Shown here: piece by piece, positions 55,220 to 64,000 of the stretch | How the letters are laid out: each line of letters opens with the position of its first letter | Position numbering within the stretch: the stretch's first letter is position 1 | NCBI GenBank assembly: GCA_963803435.1 | Contig: CAWDML010000003.1 | Location: forward strand, 736,001-800,000 | Source: an uncultured delta proteobacterium | GTDB lineage: Bacteria > Myxococcota > Kuafuiibacteriia > Kuafuiibacteriales > Kuafuiibacteriaceae | Direction of reading: 5' to 3' | DNA length: 64,000 nt | The notes under the pieces: generated by a model | What the model was told of the DNA's origin: nothing | What the model saw: the letters and a program-made list of their open reading frames with translations, nothing else | The model's database searches: none | Made by a program: the position numbers and the translations under genes

Positions 55220-56173
55220 CTAGAAGAGCTGGTAGCTGAGGTTGAGCCCGAACAAGTGGGCGTTCCGCGTGTTGGTGCCGCCCACGAAGGCGCGGGCCAC
55301 GACGGCGACGTTGAGGGTCTCGGTGACGTCGTAGGCGACTCCTCCACCCACGAGATACACGTTCTCGCGAAGCAGCACGTCATGAAAGTCGCGGACGACC
55401 TGGTCGAGGTTGTCCCAGTCCAGGAAGTTCACGCCACCGTGGGCCAGCCGGATGTCGGTGGCCACGTTGATCTGTAGCTCGGGCAGGATGAAGTAGCCGA
55501 TCTGCGCGCTGATCGTGCTGTAGTTCTGGCTGATCGCACCCGTCTCCGCGAAGTCCGTCTTGAAGCGCTCGGAGAGCGCGAAGTCGTACGCGACGTGGAA
55601 GTAGAGATTGTCGAGCACCGGTCGGAGCGTCCGTCCGACGGCGAGGCCGAAGTGGAGCTGCTTGAGGTTCCGGCCTGCCCCCGCGAAGCCCTCGGTCTCG
55701 TAGCTCTGGGTGGGGATCGAGCCGCCGATGGAGACGGCCAGCGCCAGGAAGTCCTGCAGCGCCGCGATCGAGTAGCGAATGTCCGCGCGGAAGTCCTGCG
55801 TGAGGAAGTGGGTCGAGCCGTCGTCGTACGAGCCGTGCGGGCGAAGGAAGTCGCTCGCCGGGAGATCGGTCCCACGATACTGCAGGCCGTACAGCGGGAG
55901 GCCGGCGGTGATGGCCAGACCCGGCAACGGTGTGACGTACTCCACGCCGAAGTTGATCGCGTGTTGGAAGCTTCGGATCGAGCCGAGGCTCTGGCCGTCT
56001 GTCTCGACGATCGAGGTCGCGAAGCCGAAGTTGTATCCTACCGCGATGCTCATGCTGTTTGGGTCACCGACCCACGCCTGAGCGGAGGCGGAAGCGGGCA
56101 GCATCGAGATCGCAAAGATCAGCAGGAGGGTCTGTCTGGCGTGTCGCATCCAGACGGCATGATGACTCAACAC
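55220..56173 (-). CDS. Probable outer-membrane beta-barrel protein
   Basis: Signal peptide (ASA-Q), amphipathic strands, C-terminal LNLSYQLF. Confidence 0.75.
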   Translation of the reverse strand: MLSHHAVWMRHARQTLLLIFAISMLPASASAQAWVGDPNSMSIAVGYNFGFATSIVETDGQSLGSIRSFQHAINFGVEYVTPLPGLAITAGLPLYGLQYRGTDLPASDFLRPHGSYDDGSTHFLTQDFRADIRYSIAALQDFLALAVSIGGSIPTQSYETEGFAGAGRNLKQLHFGLAVGRTLRPVLDNLYFHVAYDFALSERFKTDFAETGAISQNYSTISAQIGYFILPELQINVATDIRLAHGGVNFLDWDNLDQVVRDFHDVLLRENVYLVGGGVAYDVTETLNVAVVARAFVGGTNTRNAHLFGLNLSYQLF

Positions 56174-56219
56174 GAAGTCGTTTTGAAGTTAGGCGGGATG
56201 AGCGACGCGATGTGGGTGG

Positions 56220-56579
56220 CTATCGCTTCTGAGCGCTCCACGTACCCGAACCACCGCTCGCGATCGTCCAATCACCGGAGGCGGTACAGTCGTCAAGGAC
56301 GAACGTTCCGGTGATGCTGATGGAGCCGGTCGCTCCACCGATCTCGCCCGTGTCCGCCACCATCGCCGTCACCGTGCGGTCGGCGTCGCCCGCGGAGAAC
56401 GTTCCGGTGAGCTTCCCGGTGTCGAAGAGGAGCGCCGTGACCATGCCTTCCTCGCTTCCCGAGTACGTGCCCGTGAAGCTCCCGACGCAGCCGCCGATCG
56501 TGCCGTCGCCCGGGACGCCACAGCTCGCGAGCAGGAGTCCAGCCGCCAGGCCGATCGCCCATGCACCTCGTGCCTTCAT
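56220..56579 (-). CDS. Small Gly/Thr-rich beta-strand lipoprotein
   Basis: GAGGAG RBS, LASC lipobox, FTGTYSG..SGTWSAQK. Confidence 0.72.
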   Translation of the reverse strand: MKARGAWAIGLAAGLLLASCGVPGDGTIGGCVGSFTGTYSGSEEGMVTALLFDTGKLTGTFSAGDADRTVTAMVADTGEIGGATGSISITGTFVLDDCTASGDWTIASGGSGTWSAQKR

Positions 56580-56638
56580 CGCTCCTCTCTCTGCCACGGT
56601 TCAAATGCGCATACAACAAACCGGTCGCGGACGGGATG

Positions 56639-57196
56639 TCACTGCGGCCCGCCGCATTGGGCGTTGCACTTCACGTCACCGTCGTTGCATCGAAGGACTG
56701 TGTCGCCTTCGGCGCTGGCCGATTGCCCGATCTCGTCGCCGACTTCGACCGCGAGATGAACGGCTCGATCGACCAGATTCGTACGGGAGGGACACAGGAT
56801 GAACGTGAAGGTGAGCGTCGACCACTCGTCGGTCTTCTTGGACCTGGCCTGAAAATCGTAGGGTTCGATGATCTGCGTTCCCTCTGGATCGTTCACGCTG
56901 ATGGCCAGCTGCACGGGTCCATCGCAGAGCCCCTGATACCGGAGTGGAAGAAAGATGTGGAAGCCGTCCTGGACCCCCTGGATGAACGTGGTGCTTTCGG
57001 GATTCCACGGCCTCCAAGGGGAGACGACGCCGGAAGGATCGTAGCCGCCGATCTCGAGCCGAGCTTCAACTCCGCTCGGCTCGCAAACCGGCATCTCGAC
57101 CGGATCGGTCGGCGTGCACGCGTGGGAGATCAATGCGGCGAGGACTGGGACGGCTGAGCTCCGGATACATGTCGAGCGTCTCGATGGGTCATGCAT
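56639..57196 (-). CDS. Hypothetical Cys-containing exported protein
   Basis: Hydrophobic leader ending HAC; IQGVQDGFHI; same strand and closely spaced with neighbours. Confidence 0.6.
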   Translation of the reverse strand: MHDPSRRSTCIRSSAVPVLAALISHACTPTDPVEMPVCEPSGVEARLEIGGYDPSGVVSPWRPWNPESTTFIQGVQDGFHIFLPLRYQGLCDGPVQLAISVNDPEGTQIIEPYDFQARSKKTDEWSTLTFTFILCPSRTNLVDRAVHLAVEVGDEIGQSASAEGDTVLRCNDGDVKCNAQCGGPQ

Positions 57197-57226
57197 GGCG
57201 CTCAGCCGTCGAACGAAAAAAGAAGT

Positions 57227-58219
57227 CTACGGATCGACCTTCATGAAGTTCGTGCTGGTGCACGAGGTCGAGATGAGATCCAGGCGCCGCTTGGCGTCGG
57301 ACGGGTCGCTGTCGACGATGTGGTGGCTGAGGTACTGCAGGAACACCGACCCCATGTCGTCGATCTTTTCGACCATGGCCGACGACACCGTGATCTGACC
57401 GTCCGACTCGGGGACGAGACAGATGACGTTCGGGCCCGTCATTCCATAGAAGTACGCGACCACCGCAGTGACCGAGCCTTCCGGGACCTCGGGGCGACCG
57501 GTCTCCCAGGCGATCGTGATGTCCTGGCCGCGCGTGATCTCCCAGGTCGGGGCCGGCACGCCGAACGACGCCATCGTCGGGGAGGTCACGACCGGACGCG
57601 CCGGGAGCGTGAGCTTGCCCACGATGTTGAGGTCGAGGCCGGGGACGATCACGTCCATCGCAATTCGGGTGTCGTTGCCCGAGCCGCCGATCACTTCGGG
57701 GTCGGTGGCGCCGAAGCCGTACGGATCCTGATCGCTGTTGGCCGGGAGGTACTGGATCGAGAAGGCCGAGCCGCTGATCCAACCGCGGTCGAGCACCTTG
57801 CTCATCATCACACTGCCCTTCGAGTCCCTGAGCTCCACGGTGTCACCGGCGTCGCGCAGCACTCGACCAGGGACGACGTAGGAGGACTCGGCGGCCCCCA
57901 ACATGTCACTTCCGAAGGGGAAATATTTGGCCGCACGCACGTCGGTGCAGCCGGGCAATGGGATGAAGGTCTCGTTGGTGCCCGTGGTCTCGATAAAGTG
58001 GGCGTGAGCCAGCGGGTTGACGGTGCCGTCGGGCAGCATCAGGTTCTCGATGCGAACCTGGCCACCGTCCGGATCCGTGAAAGCAATCTCACCAGCACAT
58101 GCGGGCTGTCCATGGCCACCACACTGGACCATGCTGTCGTCGTTGGTTTTGTCCCCACCGCACCCCGCGAAAATCAATGCGACGGTTGAGAGCGAGAGCG
58201 AAAGTTTTCTGATCATCAT
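57227..58219 (-). CDS. Hypothetical lipoprotein
   Basis: GGAGG RBS, MMIRKLSLSLSTVALIFAGC lipobox; Ig-like C-terminus. Confidence 0.75.
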   Translation of the reverse strand: MMIRKLSLSLSTVALIFAGCGGDKTNDDSMVQCGGHGQPACAGEIAFTDPDGGQVRIENLMLPDGTVNPLAHAHFIETTGTNETFIPLPGCTDVRAAKYFPFGSDMLGAAESSYVVPGRVLRDAGDTVELRDSKGSVMMSKVLDRGWISGSAFSIQYLPANSDQDPYGFGATDPEVIGGSGNDTRIAMDVIVPGLDLNIVGKLTLPARPVVTSPTMASFGVPAPTWEITRGQDITIAWETGRPEVPEGSVTAVVAYFYGMTGPNVICLVPESDGQITVSSAMVEKIDDMGSVFLQYLSHHIVDSDPSDAKRRLDLISTSCTSTNFMKVDP

Positions 58220-58403
58220 GTTCCTCCGCGTGGCGTATTGGACCTCCTGGATCAGAGGTTTCCAGGGCGGCTCCTCCTTGCAGGGGCGGAGCATGGCGCG
58301 GTCCGGACCCCCAAGCAAGTCGCGGATGTAGGTGTTCCCGGGAGGATGGAACCCACCCGCACCGTTCGCCGCTCAAATCCGATAACATGATTGGAAGCCC
58401 GAC

Positions 58404-59132
58404 GTGTTGTCCCGCCTTTTCAGTCTCCTCTCCGTTTTCACGCTGGTCGTGTGGTCGGAGAGCTGCGGAGGCAGCCCGGAGGAGGAGCCGTTGCTCTGGC
58501 CCGAGCGCGTGCACGACCTCTCCCCGACCCCAGGGTGCTTCGTCGATCCGCCCCCCGTACCGGTACCGAAGGGTGCGAGCGACGTCTTCGTTCTGCAGCA
58601 GCAACGATATGCCCGGCAGCGCGACGACCAGGGCGTCTTCTGCATCGATCGATTCCGGGAGATCCTCGAGGTCATGAGCGCGGATCCGACTGCGCCTCAG
58701 TGGTTCGTGCGGCGGCCGATCGAGCACGGCGAGCTGATCGCGAAGATCACGTCCGACGGCGATCGTGCGATGCCGGTCGGGCGTTTCCACATCAACCTCA
58801 CGCTCGTCCCCAAGGCGGGCGAGGACACCAAGATGGATCCGTGCTTTCAGACGCTGGACCATCAATTCGAGATCGACGGCTCGTACTCGCCGGCCCGAAC
58901 GCTCCTCAGCAGCGACTTCTACAAGATCGCCTGGGACGAGTCGGGCGTGGTGATCATTCGGCGGACCGCGCTCGGACCCTCGAACGTCATCCAGCGCGGG
59001 TGCGACGCCAAGCATCAGATCAGCTACGGGCACCTGGTGGACTACGACGAAGCGAACAAGGTCTCCTGCTGGACCCGGAGCGGCGAGTTCGTGTCCTGCG
59101 ACAGCATTCAAACCTGGCCCTTCGCGGAGTAA
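58404..59132 (+). CDS. Hypothetical Cys-containing exported protein
   Basis: Hydrophobic leader ending SC; coding-like composition; divergent from 58219. Confidence 0.62.
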   Translation: MLSRLFSLLSVFTLVVWSESCGGSPEEEPLLWPERVHDLSPTPGCFVDPPPVPVPKGASDVFVLQQQRYARQRDDQGVFCIDRFREILEVMSADPTAPQWFVRRPIEHGELIAKITSDGDRAMPVGRFHINLTLVPKAGEDTKMDPCFQTLDHQFEIDGSYSPARTLLSSDFYKIAWDESGVVIIRRTALGPSNVIQRGCDAKHQISYGHLVDYDEANKVSCWTRSGEFVSCDSIQTWPFAE

Positions 59133-59205
59133 CCGCGCTCTAACCCTCTCCCACAGAGGCCGCCATGTTCGAAGCGGCCAGGTCCTGTGTTAGTACTTGA
59201 ATCCC

Positions 59206-62200
59206 ATGTTGCGGACGCGAATCGCCGCCGCGGGGTTGGCCGGGATCGTCGCCTTCTGCGCCGCCGGCGAATCTACGGCCACCTCCCCGAAGAAAAAGAA
59301 CGACCCGGCGCCGACCGCCCCGGAGCGCGAGACCAAGAAGTGGACCGGTGACCTTCAGCCTCCGCTCCAGTTCGAAGGGATCAGCGCACCTCGAGGGGCG
59401 ATCAATCGACCGGTCGACGTCCCGCAGCTCGATGTCGCCGCCATCGTGCAGGATCGCCGCGGCTTCATGTGGTTCGGCACCCAGAACGGTCTCGCGCGCT
59501 ACGACAGCGTGAACATGCGGAACTTCAAGAACAACCGCCGGGACCCCAACTCGATCTCCAACTCCTACATCACGGCGCTCGCCCCCGATCCGATCGACGG
59601 CGTCTGGGTCGGAACCGGTGAAGGCGGAGTCAACTACTACAACTCGGCCACGGATCAGTTCGAACACTTCCGGCACGTCGACACGGATCCGTCCAGCCTG
59701 AGCCACGACGGGGTCACGGCGCTGTTTGCCGGCCGCGACCAGATCTGGGTCGCGCTGGCCGACGGGAGCCTCGATAGCATCGATCCGACGAGCCACGCGG
59801 TCCGCCACGTGCTCCCACCCGAGAAGACGGGCGCGGGTCTGATCACGCTCTACGAGAGCGATGGGGCGCTCTGGGCCGGGACCGCGGGCGCAGGGCTGCT
59901 GCGCCTGAACCTGGTCACCAAGGAGCTCGTCACCTTTCAGCACATCGAGGGCAACGCCAAGAGCCTCAGCAACGACTCGGTGACCGCGCTGGTTCGAGAT
60001 CGAGAGGGCGCGCTCTGGGTGGGCACAGCGAGCGGGCTCGGCAAGCTGAGCGCAGGGCAGCAGCAGTTCGAGAACCACTTCCCGACCGCGAGCAACAGGA
60101 GCCTGCCGCACGAGTACGTGACCTCTCTCCTCGTCGATGATCGGGCCCGTTTGTGGGTCGGTACCAAGAACGGGCTGGCGCTCCGGGAGCCGGGCAAGCC
60201 GGGGTTCACACGGTTCGTCAACGACTCCAGCGCGGTCGAGACCTGGTCGTACCCGAGCCAGGCGGTCTGCGCGTTTCAGGACAAGAGCGGCATGATCTGG
60301 TTCGGCGACTTCGGTGCCGGCGTTCGCATGTTCGACCGTCTCCGGGAGAAGTTTCACCACTATCGGCCTGGCTCGCTGGACGCCAGCGTGTTCACCGAGG
60401 ACGCGGACGGGAGGATCTGGGTGGGGAGCTACACCCGTGGGCTCTACAAGTTCGACCGCGCGAAAGGCGAGGTCACCATCTACACGGTGGTGGTCGATCG
60501 TGATGGAAACTCGCTCGAGCTCAACCAGTGGCTCAACGCGGTGCACGCGGATCGGCGAGGAACGATCTGGGTGGCGCGACACAGCTACGGGCTCATCGGC
60601 TTCAACCCGAGACGTGAGACGTTCGTCGGCTATCCGTATCGCGAGGGTGGATCGGGTCCGAGCTCGCCGGACATCACCAAGATCGTCGAGGCGAAGGACG
60701 GCACGTTGTGGCTGGGCACGTGGGGTGGCGGGCTGGATCATTTCGACCCCCGCACCGGCGAGTTCACCGTGTACGTGAAGGACGACCTGGAGGGCGCGAG
60801 CACGATCGCCTCGGACTACGTGTACACGATCGCGTTCGACCGCTTCGACGACAACATCCTCTGGATCGGTACCGCCGAGAGCGGACTCAACAGGTTCGAC
60901 ATCTCGAAGGCGGCCGCGGAGCGCTTCGTTCACTCCGACGACGATCCCGATTCGATCGCACATAACGGTGTGCTCAGTGTCCTGCAGGAGAAGGACGGCG
61001 CCTTGTGGGTGGGAACGTACGGCGGCGGTCTGGATCGGTTCGATCCCAAGACCAAGAAGTTCGCGCACTACACCGAAGCGGACGGCCTCTCGAACAACAC
61101 CGTGTACGGGATCCTCGAGGACGAAGATGGGCGCCTCTGGCTCAGTACGAACGGTGGAGGTCTCTCGGTGTTCGAGCCCGGGAAGGCGACGTTCACGACC
61201 TATACGCGGCAGGATGGTCTCCAGGGGGACGAGTTCTCGCAGAACGCCTACTTCAAGAGCAGGAGCGGGGAGATGTTCTTCTCCGGACCGCAGGGCTTCA
61301 ACGCCTTTTCTCCCCGTGAGATCTCACCGGACAGCTACGTTCCAGAGCTCAGCTTCACGGGCTTCCGGTTGTTCAACAAGACCGACAGCAGCAAGCGAAT
61401 CTGGCAGGATCCCAGGGTCGATCTCGGCTTTCGGGACTCGGTCTTCTCGATCGACTTTGCGTCGCTCGCGTTCGCGGGTACCAAGCAGAAGCAGTATCAG
61501 TATCAGCTCGAAGGTTTCGTCGATCACTGGATCGTGACGAGCAACCCGGAGGTCACGTTTACCAGCCTCGACGGCGGCAACTACACGTTCCGCGTGAAGG
61601 GGAGCAATCGGCACGGCGTCTGGAGCGAAAAGCCGCTCGAGCTGGCGATCCATGTGGACCCCCCACCGTGGAAGGCCTGGTGGGCCTATATGATCTACGG
61701 CCTGATCGTCGCCGGGATCGCCGTGAGCGGTTGGCGCTACCAGCACCAGCGCATCATCGAGCTGGAACGCAAAAATCGGCTCGCCGCGGTCGAACGCGAT
61801 CTCGATCTCACCGGTGCAGTGCAGGCGGGGTTCCTGCCCAAACAGGATCAGATCAAGACCGAGGCGTTCGGGCTTCAAGCGTTCTATCAGCCGGCCGACC
61901 ACGCGAGCGGAGACTGGTGGTGGTACGAGCGCACGCGGGACGGTCACCACGCGATCCTGGTCGGAGATGTGACCGGTCACGGCCCGGGGCCTGCCATGGT
62001 GACCGCAGCCGTTGCGACGTCCTTTCGCGTCCAGAGCACGGGCGACACCTTGAAGCTCGTAGAGCGCCTCGAGGAGCTCAACCGGCAGGTGCGCGCGGTC
62101 GGTCAGGGTAGGTATCACATGACCATGTCGGTGCTCGATCTCGACGAGAGGTCCGGCAGGTTCAAGTTCTTCAGCGCCGGTGGATTGCCCCCGGCGCAGC

Positions 62201-62577
62201 TGAAGAATGACGGATCCTACAAGGTGTACTCGTGCCGCGGCACGCCCCTCGGAAGCGCCGAGTTCGTGATCGGCCAGGTGGAGGGACAGCTCGCGCCGGG
62301 TGAACGGGTCATCGTGCTCACGGACGGTATCCCGGAGATCAAGCTGAAGAACGGCCGAATGCTGGGAATGCGCGGTCTCTGCAGGCTCTTGGTCGAGACT
62401 CGGGACATGAGCTTGGCGGACGCGGTGAAACGCTTCATCGACGAAGCCGGCGACGCGTCGGGCAAGCAACTCCAGGATGACGACTGGACCTTCGCTTTGA
62501 TCCAGTGGCGCGACTCAGCGCGCGCGCTCGCCGCCCCGAATCTGGCGCACGCCCCGCATCCCGCTCAACGCACATGA
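59206..62577 (+). CDS. Two-component-regulator beta-propeller + Y_Y_Y sensor fused to a SpoIIE/PP2C phosphatase
   Basis: Signal peptide; ~14 D..G.LWVGT..GL repeats; YQYQLEG..GNYTFRVKG; TM WWAYMIY; SGDWW, GDVTGHG, TDGI.E, DDWT. Confidence 0.92.
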   Translation: MLRTRIAAAGLAGIVAFCAAGESTATSPKKKNDPAPTAPERETKKWTGDLQPPLQFEGISAPRGAINRPVDVPQLDVAAIVQDRRGFMWFGTQNGLARYDSVNMRNFKNNRRDPNSISNSYITALAPDPIDGVWVGTGEGGVNYYNSATDQFEHFRHVDTDPSSLSHDGVTALFAGRDQIWVALADGSLDSIDPTSHAVRHVLPPEKTGAGLITLYESDGALWAGTAGAGLLRLNLVTKELVTFQHIEGNAKSLSNDSVTALVRDREGALWVGTASGLGKLSAGQQQFENHFPTASNRSLPHEYVTSLLVDDRARLWVGTKNGLALREPGKPGFTRFVNDSSAVETWSYPSQAVCAFQDKSGMIWFGDFGAGVRMFDRLREKFHHYRPGSLDASVFTEDADGRIWVGSYTRGLYKFDRAKGEVTIYTVVVDRDGNSLELNQWLNAVHADRRGTIWVARHSYGLIGFNPRRETFVGYPYREGGSGPSSPDITKIVEAKDGTLWLGTWGGGLDHFDPRTGEFTVYVKDDLEGASTIASDYVYTIAFDRFDDNILWIGTAESGLNRFDISKAAAERFVHSDDDPDSIAHNGVLSVLQEKDGALWVGTYGGGLDRFDPKTKKFAHYTEADGLSNNTVYGILEDEDGRLWLSTNGGGLSVFEPGKATFTTYTRQDGLQGDEFSQNAYFKSRSGEMFFSGPQGFNAFSPREISPDSYVPELSFTGFRLFNKTDSSKRIWQDPRVDLGFRDSVFSIDFASLAFAGTKQKQYQYQLEGFVDHWIVTSNPEVTFTSLDGGNYTFRVKGSNRHGVWSEKPLELAIHVDPPPWKAWWAYMIYGLIVAGIAVSGWRYQHQRIIELERKNRLAAVERDLDLTGAVQAGFLPKQDQIKTEAFGLQAFYQPADHASGDWWWYERTRDGHHAILVGDVTGHGPGPAMVTAAVATSFRVQSTGDTLKLVERLEELNRQVRAVGQGRYHMTMSVLDLDERSGRFKFFSAGGLPPAQLKNDGSYKVYSCRGTPLGSAEFVIGQVEGQLAPGERVIVLTDGIPEIKLKNGRMLGMRGLCRLLVETRDMSLADAVKRFIDEAGDASGKQLQDDDWTFALIQWRDSARALAAPNLAHAPHPAQRT

Positions 62578-62703
62578 GCGCACTCCCGGGGCTGCTGCCC
62601 TGCGGACGTCGCGCGTCGCAAAGCGGGCCGCGGTGCCGGCCGGTTACTTGCCATGCGTTTGGAGGATCCTTACGCTGAACGAACCTTGTGAAGGAGGCTC
62701 CCG

Positions 62704-64000
62704 ATGTCGCAGGCTTTCGACACGTTGATTCGCGGAGGGCGCGTCATCGACCCCGCGAACGAGATCGATGCCGTGATGGACGTTGCGATTCGAGACGGAC
62801 GGATCGTCTCGATCGCTCCGAGCATTCGGCCCATGCCAACGCTGCGGTTCGACGCAAGCGATGGGCGTGGTCGTGTCTGCGGACCGACGGTCATCGATGC
62901 GCGGGACAAGCTCATTGTTCCTGGGCTCATCGACTTCCACGCGCACGTCTACAAGGGCCTCAGCACCTATGGGATGGATCCGGACCGCGTCGGGATTCAG
63001 TCGGGCGTCACGCACATCAACGATGTCGGTAGCACCGGCTGGATGATCTACAGCGGTTTCCGCGACCTGGTGGCGGCGAGAGCGACCACGCCGACCACGA
63101 CGTTCCCGAACATCGTCGGGCTCGGCATTCCCGAAAACTGGGGATATCTGGGCGCGGACCTCAAGGAAGTCCTGGCCGCGACGATCCGTTCGGACTGTCT
63201 GATCGACGTCGCCGAGCGAAACAAGGACAGCATCAAGGGCGTCAAGGTCCACGTCGATCGCGGACTGTGTTCGCAGCTCGACACGGGCTGGGAAGCGCTG
63301 GAAGCGGCGCGCAGAGTCACCGACGCGTGCAAGATCAACCTGTATGTGCACCTCGGCGATCTCTGGCCGGTCCATCCCAGCGGCAGGGTACCCGACGTCG
63401 ATCATCTCCTGACCGGCCTGGTCCGGCGGATGCGGGAAGGTGAGGTCGTCGGTCACTGCTTCACGCCTTGGGAGGGTGGCTTCGTATCGACGGACAACAA
63501 CGTGCGCGCTGCAGCCTTCGATGCGAGCGGGAAGGGTCTGATGTTCGAGGTCGGACACGGTATCAACTTCTCGTTTACGCGTGCCCGAGCATTCCTCGAT
63601 GCGGGACTGACCCCCGACATCGTCTCCTCTGACATCCACGCCACGATCGTGCACTCCGGAAGGCCCCTGCCGAACTACGGGCTCGAGCCCGATCGGGAGG
63701 GAAAGGGGGTGTCCTGGACGATGGTGGGGACGATGACCAAGATGCTGGCCCTCCAGATCCCGCTCGCGGATGTCGTCCGGATGTCGACCATCAACCCGGC
63801 CCGCGCGATCGGTATCGCCGACACCAAGGGCACGCTCGGCGTGGGGCGCGCGGCCGACATCACGGTCCTCGATCGCATCGAGGGCGACTTCGTCTTGATG
63901 GATACGCTGGGAGAGAGCGTTGCGGTCAACCAGCTGCTCATCCCGACCCATACGATCCTGGCGGGGAAGGTCTACGATCTCGATGTGCTCGCGCTGCCCG
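62704..64000 (+). CDS. Dihydroorotase-like amidohydrolase/deacetylase family metallohydrolase, 3' end off the window
   Basis: AAGGAGG RBS; MSQAFDTLIRGGRVIDP, PGLIDFHAH, GVKVH, YVH, GHCF, EVGHG.FSF, SSDIH, T.NPA. Confidence 0.9.
   Translation, partial: MSQAFDTLIRGGRVIDPANEIDAVMDVAIRDGRIVSIAPSIRPMPTLRFDASDGRGRVCGPTVIDARDKLIVPGLIDFHAHVYKGLSTYGMDPDRVGIQSGVTHINDVGSTGWMIYSGFRDLVAARATTPTTTFPNIVGLGIPENWGYLGADLKEVLAATIRSDCLIDVAERNKDSIKGVKVHVDRGLCSQLDTGWEALEAARRVTDACKINLYVHLGDLWPVHPSGRVPDVDHLLTGLVRRMREGEVVGHCFTPWEGGFVSTDNNVRAAAFDASGKGLMFEVGHGINFSFTRARAFLDAGLTPDIVSSDIHATIVHSGRPLPNYGLEPDREGKGVSWTMVGTMTKMLALQIPLADVVRMSTINPARAIGIADTKGTLGVGRAADITVLDRIEGDFVLMDTLGESVAVNQLLIPTHTILAGKVYDLDVLALP

Overview
High-GC bacterial window, most plausibly Myxococcota. 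This is inferred from a Zn-ribbon Ser/Thr kinase, several sigma-54 regulators, many lipoproteins and a DUF1501/cytochrome pair. The left part (1-27.6 kb) is ordinary: fatty-acid dehydrogenase, kinase, HEAT/TPR/FG-GAP proteins, a two-component system facing a TolC-HlyD-ABC efflux operon across a sigma-54 promoter with tandem enhancer sites, an orphan PAS kinase and an archaemetzincin. From ~27.6 kb the DNA is visibly less GC-rich and forms an accessory metabolic island. It encodes ComA and ComB (phosphosulfolactate synthase and phosphatase), GGT, a circularly permuted ATP-grasp ligase, a PLP aminotransferase, and a complete non-leucine 2-oxoacid elongation set (homocitrate-synthase-like, LeuC/D-like, LeuB-like). 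It also encodes LutABC, a flavin halogenase, a 2-hydroxyacyl-CoA-lyase-like enzyme plus a family III CoA-transferase, a pentapeptide-MshEN-like protein and tandem dirigent/AOC-like lipoproteins. My lead hypothesis, which is inference only, is an undescribed sulfonate analogue of the FR-900098/phosphinothricin-type phosphonate pathways: sulfolactate -> sulfopyruvate -> homocysteate -> peptide. Two non-autonomous IS-derived elements, a solo element end and several coupled micro-ORFs are also present. Seven single-base frameshifts look like long-read errors rather than pseudogenes. I saw no rRNA, tRNA or CRISPR. All calls come from motif recognition by eye; no database searches were run.
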